From: an uncultured Actinomycetes bacterium
GTDB taxonomy: Bacteria > Actinomycetota > Thermoleophilia > Gaiellales > Gaiellaceae
NCBI GenBank assembly: GCA_963794605.1
Contig: CAWCEN010000003.1
Location: 113,658-177,657, forward strand
Length of the DNA: 64,000 nucleotides
Direction of reading: 5' to 3'
Positions 16,551 through 25,323 of this stretch are shown one piece after another. The notes below the pieces were generated by a model. The model saw only the letters and a list, made by a program, of their open reading frames with translations, was not told the origin of the DNA and made no database searches. The position numbers and the translations under genes are program-made. Position 1 is the first letter of the stretch. Each line of letters begins with the position of its first letter.

Positions 16551-16622
16551 CCCATCATCGACGCGGACGCCTGTGGTTCGCGCTGCTGTGCAGCGCTCAC
16601 TTTTTCGGCTCCGCCGAAAAAG

Positions 16623-17651
16623 GTGTCAGAGAAGCGGTACCTAATCCTCGCTGAGGGCCAGTCGGGTGACCCCCACTACGGGAAGACGATGCGCGGCGTC
16701 GTCGACTACAGCCCGCACCCGACGGTCGCAATCCTCGACTCGCAGCGGCCCGGCGAGAGCCACAAGGGCATTCCGGTCGTGGGCACGGTCGCGGATGCAA
16801 TGCCTTACGGGCCGACGACGGCGCTGGTCGGGGTCGCCACCCAGGGCGGCCGCTTTCCGGCGGCCTGGCGCGACCTGCTGAAGGACTCGATCGCGGCTGG
16901 CCTCGACGTCGAGAGTGGGCTGCACGAGTTCATCTCCGATGACCCCGAGCTCGTGGAGCTGGCGACCCGCCACGGGGTCGAGCTCCGCGACTTACGCAAG
17001 CCGCCGCCGGATCTCAACGTGCCGACCGGCGAGAACCTCAAGCTTTCGGCCAAGACCGTGCTCACCGTCGGCTCCGACTGCGCGATCGGCAAGAAGACCG
17101 TCGCGATCGAGCTCGACCGCGAGGCCCGCGCACGCGGCCTCGAGTCGCAGTTCGTCCCGACCGGACAGACGGGCGTCGCGATCGCGGGCTGGGGCATCGC
17201 GATCGACGCGGTCGTCGCCGACTTCATCGCCGGGGCGGCCGAGCGGCTCGTCGTCGAAGGCGCGGAGCGTGGGGGAAAGCTGCTCTTCGTCGAGGGCCAG
17301 GGCTCGCTCGCTCACCCCGCCTACTCGGGTGTCACGCTCGGCCTCATGCACGGGTCGGCGCCGCACGCGTACGTGCTCTGCCACGTTGCGGGGGCGACGG
17401 AGATCGAGGGCTACCCGGGCTACCCGCTGCCGCCGCTCCGCGAGATCGTCGAGCTGCACGAGCGCGTGTCGCTTCCGTCGCGCCCCGCGCGGGTCGCGGC
17501 GATCGCTCTCAACACGCGCGACCTCGGAGAAGAGGAGGCCCGCGCCGCAGTCGTCGGCGTCGAGAAGGAGACCGGCCTGCCGACCGACGATCCCGTCCGC
17601 TTCGGCGCGGGGAAGGTTCTGGACGCCGTCCTGACCGTTCTGCAATCCTGA
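16623..17651 (+). CDS. DUF1611 domain protein (DgcN-like)
   Basis: 'VGSDCAIGKKTVAIEL' and 'EGQGSLAHPAYSGVTLGLMHGSAPH' are characteristic of DUF1611. It follows the epimerase, as in described dgcN-dgcA pairs. Confidence 0.75.
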   Translation: MSEKRYLILAEGQSGDPHYGKTMRGVVDYSPHPTVAILDSQRPGESHKGIPVVGTVADAMPYGPTTALVGVATQGGRFPAAWRDLLKDSIAAGLDVESGLHEFISDDPELVELATRHGVELRDLRKPPPDLNVPTGENLKLSAKTVLTVGSDCAIGKKTVAIELDREARARGLESQFVPTGQTGVAIAGWGIAIDAVVADFIAGAAERLVVEGAERGGKLLFVEGQGSLAHPAYSGVTLGLMHGSAPHAYVLCHVAGATEIEGYPGYPLPPLREIVELHERVSLPSRPARVAAIALNTRDLGEEEARAAVVGVEKETGLPTDDPVRFGAGKVLDAVLTVLQS

Positions 17652-19234
17652 TGGAGGGTCTTATGCGGAATGGATTGCCAGCGGCCGCGAGGCTGACGCT
17701 TCTCTGTGCGCTCCCCGCGCTGTTTTTCGCACCCGCCGCAGCGGCCGACATCCGCGTGGGCGCGGCGGACGACCATCCGAAGGCCTCGCCGGAGGTCGCA
17801 GCCCGCTTCTACGACGAGATGAAAGACGTCGGGCTGACGGAGAACCGAATCACGCTGCTCTGGGACTCGGCGCACCCGACGACGATCGAGGCCCGGGAAA
17901 CACTGGCGGCCGCGATTCAGGACGCCCAGGCCGACGGCGTCCGCGTCACGCTGGCGATCTATCCGTCGCGCGCAAAGGCGCTCACCGAGTCGCACGTCGC
18001 CCCGGGCAGGTTCGCCGCCTACATGGCCCTCGTCGCGCGGACGTTCCCGACCGTGAAGGATTTCATCGTCGGCAACGAGCCGAACAAGTCCCGGTTCTGG
18101 CAGCCGCAGTTCAACGCGAACCGCACGCGTGCCGCCTGCTCCGCGTACGAGCCCGTGCTCGCGGCGGCCTACGACACGCTGAAGTCGGTCGACCGCTCGA
18201 TCACCGTGATCGGCGTCGGGCTCGGCCCGCGCGGGACCGACAACCCGCGCGCGCCGGGGAACCTCTCGATCTCGCCGGTCCGCTGCATGGCAGACATCGG
18301 CCGGGCCTACCGTCGGAGCAAGCGGACGAAGCCGATCATGGACGCGCTCAGCTACCACCCGTACCCGAATGCGTCGACGGACAAGCTCGACGCCGGCTAC
18401 GCGTGGCCGAACGCGGGCATCCCCGACCTCGCGCGCGTCAAGCAGGCGGCCTGGGACGCGTTCCACGGCACCGGTCAGCCGACGTTCGAGGAGGCCGGCA
18501 TGCCGTACGGTCCCGCGCGCACGCTCAAGCTGCGGCTGAACGAGGTCGGCTGGCAGGTCTCGATTCCGCCGGCGAACCGCGCTGCCTACTTCGGCAAGGA
18601 GAGCGTCGTCACGACCGACGAGGGGACGCAGGCGGCGGTCTACGGGAACCTGATCCCGCTCTTGGCCTGTGATCCGTCCGTCGAGTCGCTGCTCTTCTTC
18701 AACCTCGTCGACGAGGCGAACCTCGACCGCTGGCAGTCAGGGCTGATGCGCGCGGATTGGACCCGGCGGCCGTCCTACGGGATCGTCAAGGGCGCGATCG
18801 CCGCGGGCCAGACGCGCTGCGCCGGCAGGCGGGTCGCCTGGCGTCACGACTTCCGGCCCGTCGGCGTCCATCTCAGCTTCATGGGCGGGGCGCGCCGCCG
18901 AACCGATCGCAACAAGTTCTGGAGCTTCGTCGCCGGCTCCGAGGAGGGCACGCGCTACACCGCGGGCCTCTACCGCGCTCGGCGGCCCGGGAGGGTGGCG
19001 CCGACGCTCCGGGCGCTGATCTCGCGCTCGCTCCGGACGGTCCGCATGCGCGGCGCGGTGCTCAGGTCGCGTGGGAAGCTCGTCGGCGGGTGGGACAAGG
19101 TGATCCAGTTCCCGTCGAAGCGGCTGAAGCCCGGCTACTACGTGTACGGCGCGACGGTCGTCGCCGAGATGGCCGCCGGACGCAAGGCGACGTTCGTCGG
19201 GCGGCCGTTCGCGGTCGTCAAAACCAGGCGCTAA
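17651..19234 (+). CDS. secreted TIM-barrel glycoside-hydrolase-like protein (clan GH-A pattern) with C-terminal beta-rich domain
   Basis: Signal peptide 'LTLLCALPALFFAPAAAA'. 'VGNEPN' is a candidate acid/base and 'LNEVGW' a candidate nucleophile. An alternative ATG lies at 17663. Confidence 0.6.
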   Translation: MEGLMRNGLPAAARLTLLCALPALFFAPAAAADIRVGAADDHPKASPEVAARFYDEMKDVGLTENRITLLWDSAHPTTIEARETLAAAIQDAQADGVRVTLAIYPSRAKALTESHVAPGRFAAYMALVARTFPTVKDFIVGNEPNKSRFWQPQFNANRTRAACSAYEPVLAAAYDTLKSVDRSITVIGVGLGPRGTDNPRAPGNLSISPVRCMADIGRAYRRSKRTKPIMDALSYHPYPNASTDKLDAGYAWPNAGIPDLARVKQAAWDAFHGTGQPTFEEAGMPYGPARTLKLRLNEVGWQVSIPPANRAAYFGKESVVTTDEGTQAAVYGNLIPLLACDPSVESLLFFNLVDEANLDRWQSGLMRADWTRRPSYGIVKGAIAAGQTRCAGRRVAWRHDFRPVGVHLSFMGGARRRTDRNKFWSFVAGSEEGTRYTAGLYRARRPGRVAPTLRALISRSLRTVRMRGAVLRSRGKLVGGWDKVIQFPSKRLKPGYYVYGATVVAEMAAGRKATFVGRPFAVVKTRR

Positions 19235-19274
19235 GAGCCGACACGCCGGCGCAGCTGTGCTGCGATCTCGGCCC

Positions 19275-19319
19275 TTGACACGAACACGTGTTCGCTCTAC
19301 CATTGCGAACACATGTTCG
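19275..19319 (+). promoter_or_regulatory. SOS-type promoter with two LexA (Cheo/actinobacterial) boxes
   Basis: TTGACA at 19275-19280, box 1 'cgaacacgtgttcg' at 19281-19294, -10 'taccat' at 19298-19303, box 2 'cgaacacatgttcg' at 19306-19319. Box 2 contains the ATG 19313. Confidence 0.75.
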
Positions 19320-19555
19320 GTCGCATCGTCCTCATCGTCCTCGTGGCCACGTTCCTGGCATGGAGCTTGCTCACGCGCACGGTGGATGGAGCGGGCAGGG
19401 CGCAGGTCTACGTCGTGCAGCCCGGAGACACACTCTGGTCGATCGCTTCCACGCGCTACGCAGGCGATCCGCGCGAGGGTGTCTGGAAGCTCCAAGCGCG
19501 GAACGACCTCACGGGGACGACGATCAGCCCCGGCCAGCGGCTGACGCTGCCCTGA
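19313..19555 (+). CDS. small membrane-anchored LysM protein (YneA/ChiZ-like)
   Basis: N-terminal TM 'IVLIVLVATFLAWSLL' followed by LysM 'YVVQPGDTLWSIAS...ISPGQRLTLP'. Confidence 0.8.
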   Translation: MFGRIVLIVLVATFLAWSLLTRTVDGAGRAQVYVVQPGDTLWSIASTRYAGDPREGVWKLQARNDLTGTTISPGQRLTLP

Positions 19556-19586
19556 TCCGTCGCGACGAGGCTGGTTAACTAGCCTC

Positions 19587-20585
19587 GTGGATCTCGACCT
19601 CGTCTTCCTCGGCACGTCCGGGTCGATGCCGACCGCGCACCGGGCGCCGGCCGCTCTGCTCCTGCGGCGAGGCGGCGAGCGGATCCTCTTCGACTGCGCC
19701 GAGGGCACCCAGCGGCAGCTCCTGCGGTCGAACGTCGGGCTGATCGAGCTCCGCGAGGTCTTCCTGACGCACTACCACGCCGACCACTACCTCGGGCTGC
19801 CGGGAATGCTGAAGACGTTCGCGCTCCGGGGGCGCGAGGTGCCGATCACGATCTACGGGCCGCCCGGCTTGCGCGATCTCTTCGGCGCTCTGCGGCGGAT
19901 CTTCGGGCGGCTGACGTACACCGTCGAGCTCAAGGAGCTGCGGCCGGGCGACGAGCTGATCCGCGAGGACTATCGACTGGCGACGTTCGCCGTCGCGCAC
20001 GGCGTGTCCGCGGTCGGCTACGCGCTCGTCGAGGACGCACGGCCGGGCCGCTTCGACGTCCAGGCGGCCGACGCGTTCGGCGTACCGTCAGGCCCGGAAC
20101 GGGGCGCGCTCCAACGCGGTGAGTCGGTGACGCTCGCCGACGGCACGACGATCACCGCGGACAAGGTGCTCGGCCCGGCGCGGCCGGGACGCAAGGTCGT
20201 CATCGCCGGCGACGGCGGCCCTTCGGAGTCCGTGATCGAGGCGGCGCGCAACGCCGACGTCCTCGTTCACGAGGCGACCTTCTGTGAGGACGAACGCGAG
20301 CGCGCCCGTGAGACGCAGCACTCGACGGCGCACGAGGCCGCAGGAGTTGCAGGCGCCGCCGAGGTCGAGCTCCTCGCCCTGACGCACCTCTCGAACCGCT
20401 ACTTCGGAGGCGAGGTCGCGCGCGAGGCGCGGACGATTTTCCCGAACACGGTCGTGCCCAAGGACTTCGATACGATCGATGTCCGCTTCGCCGAGCGCGG
20501 CGGGCCGCTGCTGGAGAAGGGTGGCGCGCTCACTCGGCGAGGCGAGAGGGAAGCCGTGTCGACCGGCGAGGAGACACAGAAATGA
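19587..20585 (+). CDS. rnz: ribonuclease Z
   Basis: 'LVFLGTSGSMPT' and metallo-beta-lactamase 'LTHYHADHYLGLPG'. GTG start. Confidence 0.9.
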   Translation: MDLDLVFLGTSGSMPTAHRAPAALLLRRGGERILFDCAEGTQRQLLRSNVGLIELREVFLTHYHADHYLGLPGMLKTFALRGREVPITIYGPPGLRDLFGALRRIFGRLTYTVELKELRPGDELIREDYRLATFAVAHGVSAVGYALVEDARPGRFDVQAADAFGVPSGPERGALQRGESVTLADGTTITADKVLGPARPGRKVVIAGDGGPSESVIEAARNADVLVHEATFCEDERERARETQHSTAHEAAGVAGAAEVELLALTHLSNRYFGGEVAREARTIFPNTVVPKDFDTIDVRFAERGGPLLEKGGALTRRGEREAVSTGEETQK

Positions 20586-20815
20586 CCGGAATGGTTCAGG
20601 TGGCGGTAGCCGGGGACGTGACCGAGGCGGAGGAGCTGCAGACGATCCTGCGTTCCGCTGGAATCGAGTCCGAGCTCGAGTTCGCGGTCGACCACGATCC
20701 CCTGGGGACCGAGGACGCTCCGCAGAAGGTGATGGTGCCCGAGGAGGAACTCGAGGCTGCGCAGCACGCGATCGAGGCTCTCACCGAGCCGGAGGAGATC
20801 GTCGACGAAGCCTAG
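20582..20815 (+). CDS. small acidic protein (DUF2007-like)
   Basis: ATGA overlap with the rnz stop. 77 aa, GC3-rich. Confidence 0.55.
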   Translation: MTGMVQVAVAGDVTEAEELQTILRSAGIESELEFAVDHDPLGTEDAPQKVMVPEEELEAAQHAIEALTEPEEIVDEA

Positions 20816-20885
20816 GACGGCTTGGTGGCATGTTGCTCGTCGCCGGGGTGCGATGCTCGTTTCGAGGCCGCGGACGCAGGGAGCT

Positions 20886-20904
20886 CCGGTAATCGCATTA
20901 CCGG
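20886..20904 (+). terminator. 8-bp perfect hairpin (weak terminator candidate, no U tract)
   Basis: 'ccggtaat-cgc-attaccgg'. Confidence 0.25.
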
Positions 20905-20959
20905 GGCGACTGAGGACCCGGCCTCGGGGCGAGTAGCGCGGCTCGGCGGCACAGTCCAT

Positions 20960-21688
20960 ATGTCGCCAAGCCGTCCTAATTTTGGGTGGGTCGCTCGGAG
21001 CTACGACGAGCTGCGGCCGGCCGACGCGAACTGGTGGGAGGTCTTCGAGCTGCTCGTCCGCGAGGGCGACCTTGCCGGACGGCGCGTCCTCGACATCGGC
21101 TGCGGCACCGGCCGTGCGTCCGAGGCGCTCGTCGAACGCGGCTCGCGCGTGTGGGGAGTAGAGCCGGAGCCGGAGATGGCCGCGCTCGCACGTGAGCGCG
21201 TGAGCACGGTGAAGGTCGCGCCGGCGGAGCGGCTTCCGTTCAAGGACGGCTGGTTCGAGCGCGCGTTGATGTGGCTGGTCGTCCACCTCGTCGACCGTCC
21301 ACGGGCGTTCAGCGAGGCCGCTCGCGTGCTCCGGCCCGACGGCCGGCTCGCGATCGGCACGTTCCATCCGCTCCACTTCGAGCGCTACTGGCTGAAGGAG
21401 TTCTTCCCGTCGCTCGAGGCGATCGACAAGGCGCGGTTCCCGAGCCCGGCGGAGCTCGACGCGGAGCTGACTGCGGCCGGCTTCGAGCGCGTCGAGCAGC
21501 ACCGGCTGACCCAACGCGCGTCGGTCGGCCTGGCGACGGCGATCGAACGTGTGCGCGGCCGCTTCATCTCCCCGCTGCAGCTCCTGGACGCCGGCGAGAT
21601 TGAGGCGGGCATCGCGCGAATGGAAGCTGAGCTACCGGAGCAGAACGCCTACGCGCTCGAGTGGCTCGTGGCCACCGCTTACAAGTAG
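20960..21688 (+). CDS. class I SAM-dependent methyltransferase
   Basis: Track ORF trimmed to ATG 20960. Motif I 'VLDIGCGTGRAS', and later 'LRPDGRLAIGTF'. Confidence 0.8.
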   Translation: MSPSRPNFGWVARSYDELRPADANWWEVFELLVREGDLAGRRVLDIGCGTGRASEALVERGSRVWGVEPEPEMAALARERVSTVKVAPAERLPFKDGWFERALMWLVVHLVDRPRAFSEAARVLRPDGRLAIGTFHPLHFERYWLKEFFPSLEAIDKARFPSPAELDAELTAAGFERVEQHRLTQRASVGLATAIERVRGRFISPLQLLDAGEIEAGIARMEAELPEQNAYALEWLVATAYK

Positions 21689-23610
21689 CGCTCGAACCAG
21701 TCCACGATCCGCTCGAGGCGGTCGACGCGCCGGTCGGGGCGCCCGGTCTCCATCATCACGTGGAACTCATCTGGGTAGCGCACCATCTCGACCGTGCGCC
21801 CGAGCCGGCGGAGAATCGTGAATGCGATCTCGGTCTGGCCGGCAGGACAGCGCAGGTCGCCCTCGGCTTGCAAGAGGAGCAGAGGCGCTTTGTTGCGGTG
21901 CAGCAGCGCGCCCGGAGACTTCTCGAGCATCCGCGGGAAATCGTCCCATGGGTCGTCCACGCCGCCGACGTGCTGGGCGATAGTGAAGCCGTAGTCGGAC
22001 TCGCCGTAGAACGAGAACAGGTCGAGCACCGGGTTCTCGCTGACCGCGGCCGCGAACCGTCCCGGATGGTGCCCGAGCAGCCAGTTGGTCATGTAGCCGC
22101 CGTACGAGAGCCCCAGCAGGCCAACGTGGTCGCGGCTCGCGAGCTTCTGGCGTAGAGCCCAGTCCACGAGGCGCATCAGGTCGGAGTCGTCTGCCTCGCC
22201 CCAGTTGCCGTCGATCGCCTTGCCGAACACCTCGCCGTAGCCCTGCGAGCCCCTTGGGTTCCCGTACAGGACCGTGAAGCCGGCGTCGGCCAGCGCGACC
22301 ATCTCCAACCAGGGCGCTGGCCCGTGAGCGCAGTGCGGACCGCCGTGGATCTGGAGGACCAGGCCTTTGCTACGCCGTCCCCGAGGCCGCACGAGCCAGG
22401 CGTCGAGCTCGTGCCCGTCGCGGTGGCGCACCGAGTGCCGCTCGGGGTCCCGCCGATACGGCCCGAACCAGGCGCCGCCGTTTCGCGAGATCCGCCGCAG
22501 GTCGCCGTTTTCAATTGCGTATACGTCGCAGGCGCCGCCTTCGACGCTCGCGATCGTCGCGAGTTGGCCGCCCCCGGCCCCGAGCCACGTGCACACCGCG
22601 TCGTCCCGCTCGATGAGTCGCTCGACCGAGCCGTCGAGCCCGAACCGGTAGGGAATGCAGCCCCCGCGATCGGTGACCGGGACGACGACGTTGTCGTCGT
22701 CGAGCCAGATCACCGGCACGGGCGCCAGCGCACCGAAGTCGAGCAGGTCGCCGAGGACGATGAAGAAGAACGTGCGGTCGACCTCCTCGCCGAGGCGGCG
22801 AGCCGTGCGTCCGTCGCGCACCCACAGGCCAAGGTTCGTCGACCCGGCGAACGAGGGGTCGTCCAGCCCCACGTACGCAAGCTTCCCGCTCGGCGAGAAC
22901 GCCGCGCCGGCGATCTCGCCGCGGAGCTCGGCGAGTTTCGTGGCGCGGCCGCCCGTAGGCCGCATCGACCAGGCCTGCGGCTGCTCGAGCGCGCCCGCCT
23001 CGGGCCGCGGGTCGGCGAGGTACCCGATCCGCTCACCGTTCGGGCTCCAGAACGTCTGTACGACCTCGAAGCCCGAATCGGTGAGTCGCTTCGGGCGCCC
23101 GCTGCGGGCGGGAACGATCCAGAGACTCGTGAACTGGTCGCGCAGTCCCGCTCCGTCCAGGCGCCAGTTCAGGTCCTTGATGCGGCGCGACGTCGGCTGC
23201 TCCTGATCTCCCACGCGGAACCGCTCCTCGCCGCTCTGGGCGAGGACGGCGATGCTCTGTCCGTCCGGAGCCCAATCCGCAGCACCGGCCTGTCCCGGAA
23301 ACTCGGCGAGGGCATGCGGCTCACCTCCCGCGAGCGGCAGGAGCCACGGCTCCGACTTCCCCGAACGGTTGGACATGAAGACGAGCGTCTTCCCGTCGGG
23401 CGAGAAGCGCGGCCGCACGTCGCCGTCGCCGGTCGTGATTTGCTCGGCCCGTCCGCCGCTCATCGGCACGCGCCAGAGCCGCGTCTTGTAGGCGCCGTCC
23501 TCGATCGTGCGGCGGCCGTAGACAGCCGACGAGCCGTCGGGAGCGACGGCCAGATGGGTCAGAAACGTCTCGCGGAGAACGTCCTTCGGACTGAACCGCC
23601 GCAGCGCCAT
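21679..23610 (-). CDS. S9 family serine peptidase (acylaminoacyl-peptidase type, beta-propeller N-domain)
   Basis: Propeller repeats ('FSPDGKTLVF', 'WAPDGQSIAV', 'WSPNGERIGY'). Catalytic 'GLSYGGYM', then 'GDLRCP' and 'EFH'. Start set at ATG 23610 ('MALRRFSPKD'). Confidence 0.85.
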   Translation of the reverse strand: MALRRFSPKDVLRETFLTHLAVAPDGSSAVYGRRTIEDGAYKTRLWRVPMSGGRAEQITTGDGDVRPRFSPDGKTLVFMSNRSGKSEPWLLPLAGGEPHALAEFPGQAGAADWAPDGQSIAVLAQSGEERFRVGDQEQPTSRRIKDLNWRLDGAGLRDQFTSLWIVPARSGRPKRLTDSGFEVVQTFWSPNGERIGYLADPRPEAGALEQPQAWSMRPTGGRATKLAELRGEIAGAAFSPSGKLAYVGLDDPSFAGSTNLGLWVRDGRTARRLGEEVDRTFFFIVLGDLLDFGALAPVPVIWLDDDNVVVPVTDRGGCIPYRFGLDGSVERLIERDDAVCTWLGAGGGQLATIASVEGGACDVYAIENGDLRRISRNGGAWFGPYRRDPERHSVRHRDGHELDAWLVRPRGRRSKGLVLQIHGGPHCAHGPAPWLEMVALADAGFTVLYGNPRGSQGYGEVFGKAIDGNWGEADDSDLMRLVDWALRQKLASRDHVGLLGLSYGGYMTNWLLGHHPGRFAAAVSENPVLDLFSFYGESDYGFTIAQHVGGVDDPWDDFPRMLEKSPGALLHRNKAPLLLLQAEGDLRCPAGQTEIAFTILRRLGRTVEMVRYPDEFHVMMETGRPDRRVDRLERIVDWFERYL

Positions 23611-23665
23611 GGCGCAATCATGGACTCCGTCCGGACTTCCCGCTACAGTCCTGCGCGACCCGAAC

Positions 23666-23699
23666 CCCTTTAACTCGGTCCAGAGAGGCCGGAAAGGAG
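23666..23699 (+). promoter_or_regulatory. PyrR-binding RNA hairpin
   Basis: 'cccuuuaacucgGUCCAGAGAGGCcggaaaggag'. The conserved UCCAGAGAGGC loop is flanked by ccuuu/aaagg pairing, and the 3' arm contains AAGGAG. Confidence 0.7.
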
Positions 23700-23747
23700 T
23701 CCGATGCACACGCACGCCTGCGCCTGCACACCTAGAAGGTCGAGCCG

Positions 23748-24335
23748 TTGAGCCAGGCGGGCGTCTCCTCCGAGAAGGTCCTGCTGGACGACGAGGCGAT
23801 CCAGCGCAGCCTGAAGCGCATCGCGCACGAGATCGTCGAAGGGAACACCGATCTGGAGCGCGTCGCTCTCGTCGGCATCCACACGCGAGGCGTCCCGCTC
23901 GCCCAGCGCCTGCGCCACCTGATCACGGATCTGACCGGCCGCGAGGTCAAGCTCGGCTCGGTCGACATCACGTTCTACCGCGACGACGTCCGGGTGCGCG
24001 GGGGAGAGGCGCCGATCCACCCGCAGCCGGTCGTGCGCGACACGAAGCTCGAGTTCCCGCTCGAAGGCATGACGTGCGTGCTCGTCGACGACGTCCTCTA
24101 CACGGGCCGCACCATCCGCGCCGCGATCGAGGCGCTGTTCGACTACGGACGACCCGCGCGCGTCCAGCTCGCCTGCCTGGCCGACCGGGGCCACCGAGAG
24201 CTTCCGATCCGTCCCGACTACATCGGCAAGAACCTGCCGACGGCGCGCGAGGAGCGCGTCCAGGTCCAGCTCGTCGAGATCGACGAGGTCGACCAGGTCC
24301 TGTTGATCTCAGCCCAGGAGGAAACGCATGGGTGA
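23748..24335 (+). CDS. pyrR: bifunctional pyrimidine operon regulator / uracil phosphoribosyltransferase
   Basis: TTG is the only start in the open frame. 'IAHEIVE', 'LVGIHTRGVPLA' and PRPP motif 'VLVDDVLYTGRTIRAA'. Confidence 0.9.
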   Translation: MSQAGVSSEKVLLDDEAIQRSLKRIAHEIVEGNTDLERVALVGIHTRGVPLAQRLRHLITDLTGREVKLGSVDITFYRDDVRVRGGEAPIHPQPVVRDTKLEFPLEGMTCVLVDDVLYTGRTIRAAIEALFDYGRPARVQLACLADRGHRELPIRPDYIGKNLPTAREERVQVQLVEIDEVDQVLLISAQEETHG

Positions 24336-25323
24336 TCTCCATGTCATGCGGGACGACCTGCGCCCGCCGAACCCGCCGCCGACGAGGCACCTGATCTCGA
24401 TCGGCGACCTCTCTCGCGAGGACGTCGAGCGCCTGCTCGGCACGGCGCGCACCTTCGAGCGCTCGCTCGATCGCGAGATGAAGAAGCTGCCGACCCTGCG
24501 CGGCCGGCTCGTGATCAACGTCTTCTACGAGTCCTCGACCCGCACCTCGTCGAGCTTCGAGCTGGCGGCGAAACGGCTCTCCGCGGACACGATGTCGATC
24601 AAGGCGTCCGGCTCCGCGGTCGACAAGGGCGAGTCGCTGAAGGACACGGCGATCACGCTCGGCGCGTACGACCCGGACGTGATCGTTCTCCGCCACCCGC
24701 AGATCGGGGCACCGCAGCTCGTCGCCAGAGTGACCGAGGCGCGGATCATCAACGCGGGCGACGGGAAGCACCAGCACCCGACCCAGGCGCTCCTCGACCT
24801 GTACACGATCCAGGAGCAGTTCGGCCGCGTCGAGGGGCTGCACGTGGCGATCGTCGGCGACGTCCTCCACTCTCGCGTCGCGCGCTCGAACATCCAGGCA
24901 CTCGTCCTGCTCGGTGCGCGCGTGACGCTCGTCGGCCCGCCGCCGCTCCTCCCGCGCGGGATCGAGGAGATGGGCTGCGAGGCGACGACGGACATCGACG
25001 CGATCGGCGCCGCGGACATCGTCTACGTCCTGCGCATGCAGAAAGAGCGGATGCTCGAGGGCGCGAACTACGTGCCAAGCCTGCGCGAGTACACGGCCCG
25101 CTGGGGCGTCACGCCCGAGCGGCTGCGGCCTGGGCAGAAGGTCATGCACCCGGGCCCGATGAACCGGGGGGTCGAGATCGACCCGGTGGTCGCGGACGCG
25201 GCCGATGCGCTGATCGAAACCCAGGTTCGCGCAGGGCTCGTCGTGCGAATGGCCGTGCTCTACGACCTGCTGACGACCGGGCCGAAGCCCGTCGAGGCCG
25301 AAGTCCCGATGGGGGTGGCGTGA
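24328..25323 (+). CDS. pyrB: aspartate carbamoyltransferase catalytic subunit
   Basis: 'ESSTRTSSSFE', 'HPTQALLD', 'MHPGPMNRG'. An alternative ATG lies at 24346. Confidence 0.95.
   Translation: MGDLHVMRDDLRPPNPPPTRHLISIGDLSREDVERLLGTARTFERSLDREMKKLPTLRGRLVINVFYESSTRTSSSFELAAKRLSADTMSIKASGSAVDKGESLKDTAITLGAYDPDVIVLRHPQIGAPQLVARVTEARIINAGDGKHQHPTQALLDLYTIQEQFGRVEGLHVAIVGDVLHSRVARSNIQALVLLGARVTLVGPPPLLPRGIEEMGCEATTDIDAIGAADIVYVLRMQKERMLEGANYVPSLREYTARWGVTPERLRPGQKVMHPGPMNRGVEIDPVVADAADALIETQVRAGLVVRMAVLYDLLTTGPKPVEAEVPMGVA

Noticed and set aside
23609-24394. A 261-aa plus-strand ORF covering the pyrR region in another frame.
   Set aside because: Its translation is Arg/Pro/Gly-rich nonsense. pyrR in frame 23748..24335 has PRPP-binding and PyrR motifs.
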